Source of the DNA: Felis catus
Taxonomy: Eukaryota
Direction: 5' to 3'
Assembly: GCF_018350175.1 (NCBI RefSeq)
Contig: NC_058368.1
Coordinates: 94,180,001-94,244,000, forward strand
DNA: 64,000 nucleotides
Both the position numbers and the translations under genes were made by a program. Under the pieces are notes generated by a model. That model worked only from the letters and a program-made list of their open reading frames with translations, had not been told where the DNA came from and did no database searches. Shown in pieces: positions 61,234 through 64,000 of the stretch. Numbering within the stretch: position 1 is the first letter of the stretch; every line of letters starts with the position of its first letter.

Positions 61234-62019
61234 ACAAATAATTCACTCTTACCCAGAAGCCTTGTGGGGAGAGGGAGACATGGAATACATGCTCAGAGCC
61301 AGCGGGTCAGCTCCTCTGCAGGGGCAGAACATCCTGGGCTTGAGCAACACAGGACCTTGCCAAGTGTAGCAGTGGGGCTTCTGTTTTAGCCAACCAAGCA
61401 GAGGAAACCTCTAAGGCAAGGACTGTTGCAAGGAGTGGGTGAACATGCACGTGAAAATTCCAAGCACAGTGCGTGGCACAAAGCAGAGGCTCATTAAGTG
61501 TTCGTTCGGAATCTTGAATTCAATTCTGGAGATTTATACAGAACACTTGGCTTGACAGGACCGTTATTTTGATTTACATTCCCGAAAAGCTTTTATACTG
61601 TATTGAACCTAGCCTGGGTATAGTCGAATGAATGTGTTCACATTTGACAAGCCTGTGGTGGCTATCTACCATATGCTAGACACATGTGCTAGGTGATTTT
61701 CCAGATGAAACCTCAGTCCTTTCCAAACCTCCAGTGTTCTAGGGTCAACTTGTCTATTAACACCCAAGTGAATAATTGCAGTCCCATGTCATGCTACTCT
61801 GGAAACCCAAAATCCAGTCTCTGGGAGGAAACTCCCATTCTTCTAGAATTTTCTGTTCAGTTCACTTTATGTTGAAATGAAGATCCAGCCTCTTCTACAC
61901 CATGTTTCAAAACACACCATAAATAGGGCTCTTGTGCCCATAAAGTGAATTCAACTGCTTCTCTAGAAATCTCCCTCTGCCTTAGGATTTTTATCCCAAA
62001 CTCCAAGAGCATTTTTCCA

Positions 62020-62234
62020 TTAAAAAATGTTTTTTTGATGTTTATTTATTTTGAGAGAGAGAGAGACAGCATGAGCAGGGGTGGGGCAGAGAGAGGAGAG
62101 GCAGAATCGCAAGCAAGCTCCATGCTCCCAGCACAGAACCTGACACGGGGCTTGAACCCACAAACCATGAGATCATGACCTTAGTTGAAACCAAGAGTCA
62201 GACGCTTAACCGAATGAGCTACCCAAGTACCCCC
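62020..62234 (-). mobile_element. Can-SINE
   Basis: Complete; AGCATTTTTCCATT repeated on both sides. Confidence 0.9.
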
Positions 62235-62739
62235 TTACTTTAAAAAAAAAAATAATAATGTTTAGCATTTTTCCATTTTTAACTCTACCTTTAATTCCCA
62301 TCCCCAAGGAAGCTGCCCTGGCGAGAAAGAGAGAAGACCTTAAGGGCTCAGGTCAACCTCCATAATATTGACCGCACCTAGATTCAGACTACCAGATACC
62401 CAGATTTATTCTGATGCTTCCCAATGCCTAAGTAGAAGTTAAGGATTATCAGAAAAGAGGAAGTTGCCTTACATTTAAGCTTTCATGAAGTTTTTCTATT
62501 TTAAAGTCGTAATTCAGTTGTTCCACTTTGGAAAACAAAGTATTATTTGGGTAAGCACTCAAGCCATGTTAATTTTGGCTGCTTATAGAGGTCACCTGAT
62601 CGACTCAGTTAAAAACAAAGGAAGAAAATAAATTAACATAGCTTTAGTCATTATTCCGGGTATATCACCACACAGTTACAATTAAACATTCTTATAAACA
62701 ACGTTTTATTTTGTTTTTGTTTTGTTTTTTCCTATAAAC

Positions 62740-63242
62740 TTTTTTCTAAAATTTATTTATTTTTGAGAGAGAGAATGTGAGTGGGAGAGGGGCAGAGAGA
62801 GAGAGTGTGTTAGGGTACCCTCCCTAAGGAAGGGAAATAAAAAAACAAACCTCAAGGCAACCTTGCTATTTGTGTACTTGACAACAGCCCTCGCGACCTT
62901 GTAACATGAGACCACTTAATCAGACTACATGTTTGTGTGTTATTGTACGTGGGCGACAAAGAAGTAAACAATGGCCACATGGCGTTAAGGGCTCAGTTCT
63001 TTGGGTACGAACCCATCTGGGTGGTACCGGCAGGAATTAAGTTGCTTCCTGGAAAGAAAAGCCTCAGTGTCACGACTCTCTGTGCAAGAATCCTACTACA
63101 AGAGGGAGAGAGAGAATCCTAAGCAGGCTCCACACTGTCAGCACAAAGCTGGACATGAGGCTCCAACTCATGAGCTATGAGATCATGACCTGAGCCAAAC
63201 CAAGGGTCAGACACTTAACTGACTGAGCCACCCAGGGGCCCC
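62740..63242 (-). mobile_element. Can-SINE split by a solo LTR
   Basis: Tail and GA region end at ~62805 and resume at 63101 (AGAGGGAGAGAGAGAATCCTAAGCAGG). Confidence 0.9.
62806..63100 (+). mobile_element. Solo endogenous-retrovirus LTR (~295 bp)
   Basis: TG...CA termini (TGTGTTAGGG / CCTACTACA), AGAG on both sides, polyA-signal-like GGAATTAAG near 63035, CpGs retained. Confidence 0.8.
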
Positions 63243-63255
63243 AAAATTACTTTTA

Positions 63256-63485
63256 TTTTTTAATTAAAAAGTTTTTTTAATGTTTATTTAATTTTGAGAG
63301 AGACAGAGACAGAGCTTGAGTGGGGGGCGGGGGGGGGCAGGAAGAGGGAGACACAGAATCCGAAGCAGGCTCCAGGCTCTTAGCTGTCAGCACAGAGCCC
63401 GATGCGAGCTCGAGCCCACCAACAGTGAGATCATGACCTGAGCCAAAGTCGGACACCCAACCGACCGAGCCACCCAGGCGCCCCC
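63256..63485 (-). mobile_element. Feline Can-SINE
   Basis: TSD AAAATTACTTTTA. Confidence 0.94.
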
Positions 63486-63599
63486 AAAATTACTTTTAAG
63501 AGCAGTATAGTGAGGGGTTAAATTTTGGCAAGCAGGGAAATACACACCTACAGAAGGAATGCGGAACAATACGGGCCTGCTGTTATGTGAACATGGGCT

Positions 63600-64000
63600 T
63601 GTGACTTGCTTCTGGATTGTGTTCAGCTGCATGTAACAGAAGCCTGACTACAATGGCTTAATCAAAAAAGGACTGAATTCTTTCCACATGGCAAGAAGTT
63701 CAGACATAAGCAGACTAAATCCACATGAGGCAGGGCAGCCAACCCATTGGGCTCCTTTTCACTTTTCCTTCCCCGGCTCCACTGTGTGTTTCTAGTCCCT
63801 GTGATTACAAGACAACAGCTCCACCTCCCCCGGTGCTCATCCACATTTCGGGCAGAAATACAAGGAAGGGTTAGGACTAGAAGAGAAAGTCAAAAAAGGG
63901 CATGCAAACAGAGTTCCCTTTTCATAAAGAATTTTCCTAAAGACCCAGCCAGCATTTAATTTCTGCTTCCCTCTCGTGGGTCAGAAGTTAAACTGTGCTA
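63600..64000 (-). mobile_element. Old MaLR LTR (MLT1J/K-like)
   Basis: TTCAGCTGCATGTAACAGAAGCCTGACTACAATGGCTTAA...CTCATCCACATTT..GCAGAA...TTCTGCTT..CTCTCGTGGGTCAGAA. Confidence 0.65.

Overview
This is mammalian nuclear DNA, almost certainly from a felid carnivore: the tRNA-derived Can-SINEs are feline-type and there is a feline-type LINE-1. I could not recognise any host protein-coding exon, tRNA, rRNA or other RNA gene, so the window looks intergenic or deep-intronic. It is dominated by transposable elements. There are roughly 60 Can-SINEs, many with clear target-site duplications (TSDs) and several nested or tandem. One essentially full-length ~5.9-kb L1 (39328-45207) has ORF1 and ORF2 disabled by frameshifts, stops and a catalytic Asp->Asn change. 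Also present are truncated carnivore L1s, older L1M/L2/MIR fragments, MaLR, ERVL and ERV1 LTRs, a probable decayed ERV1 internal region, hAT DNA-transposon fossils and microsatellites. Most ORF-track entries are SINE/L1 read-throughs or chance ORFs. The most interesting observations are structural: a three-layer nested insertion at the L1 site, a young solo LTR inside a SINE, a 154-codon ATG-led antisense ORF in the L1 5'UTR, an unexplained ~90-bp diverged duplicate in unique DNA, palindromic repair-like scars, and a CpG/E-box/Z-DNA patch near 56.1 kb. Repeat family names come from my recall of consensus sequences, not from a search, and the boundaries of old repeats are approximate. I found no convincing novel biological system.
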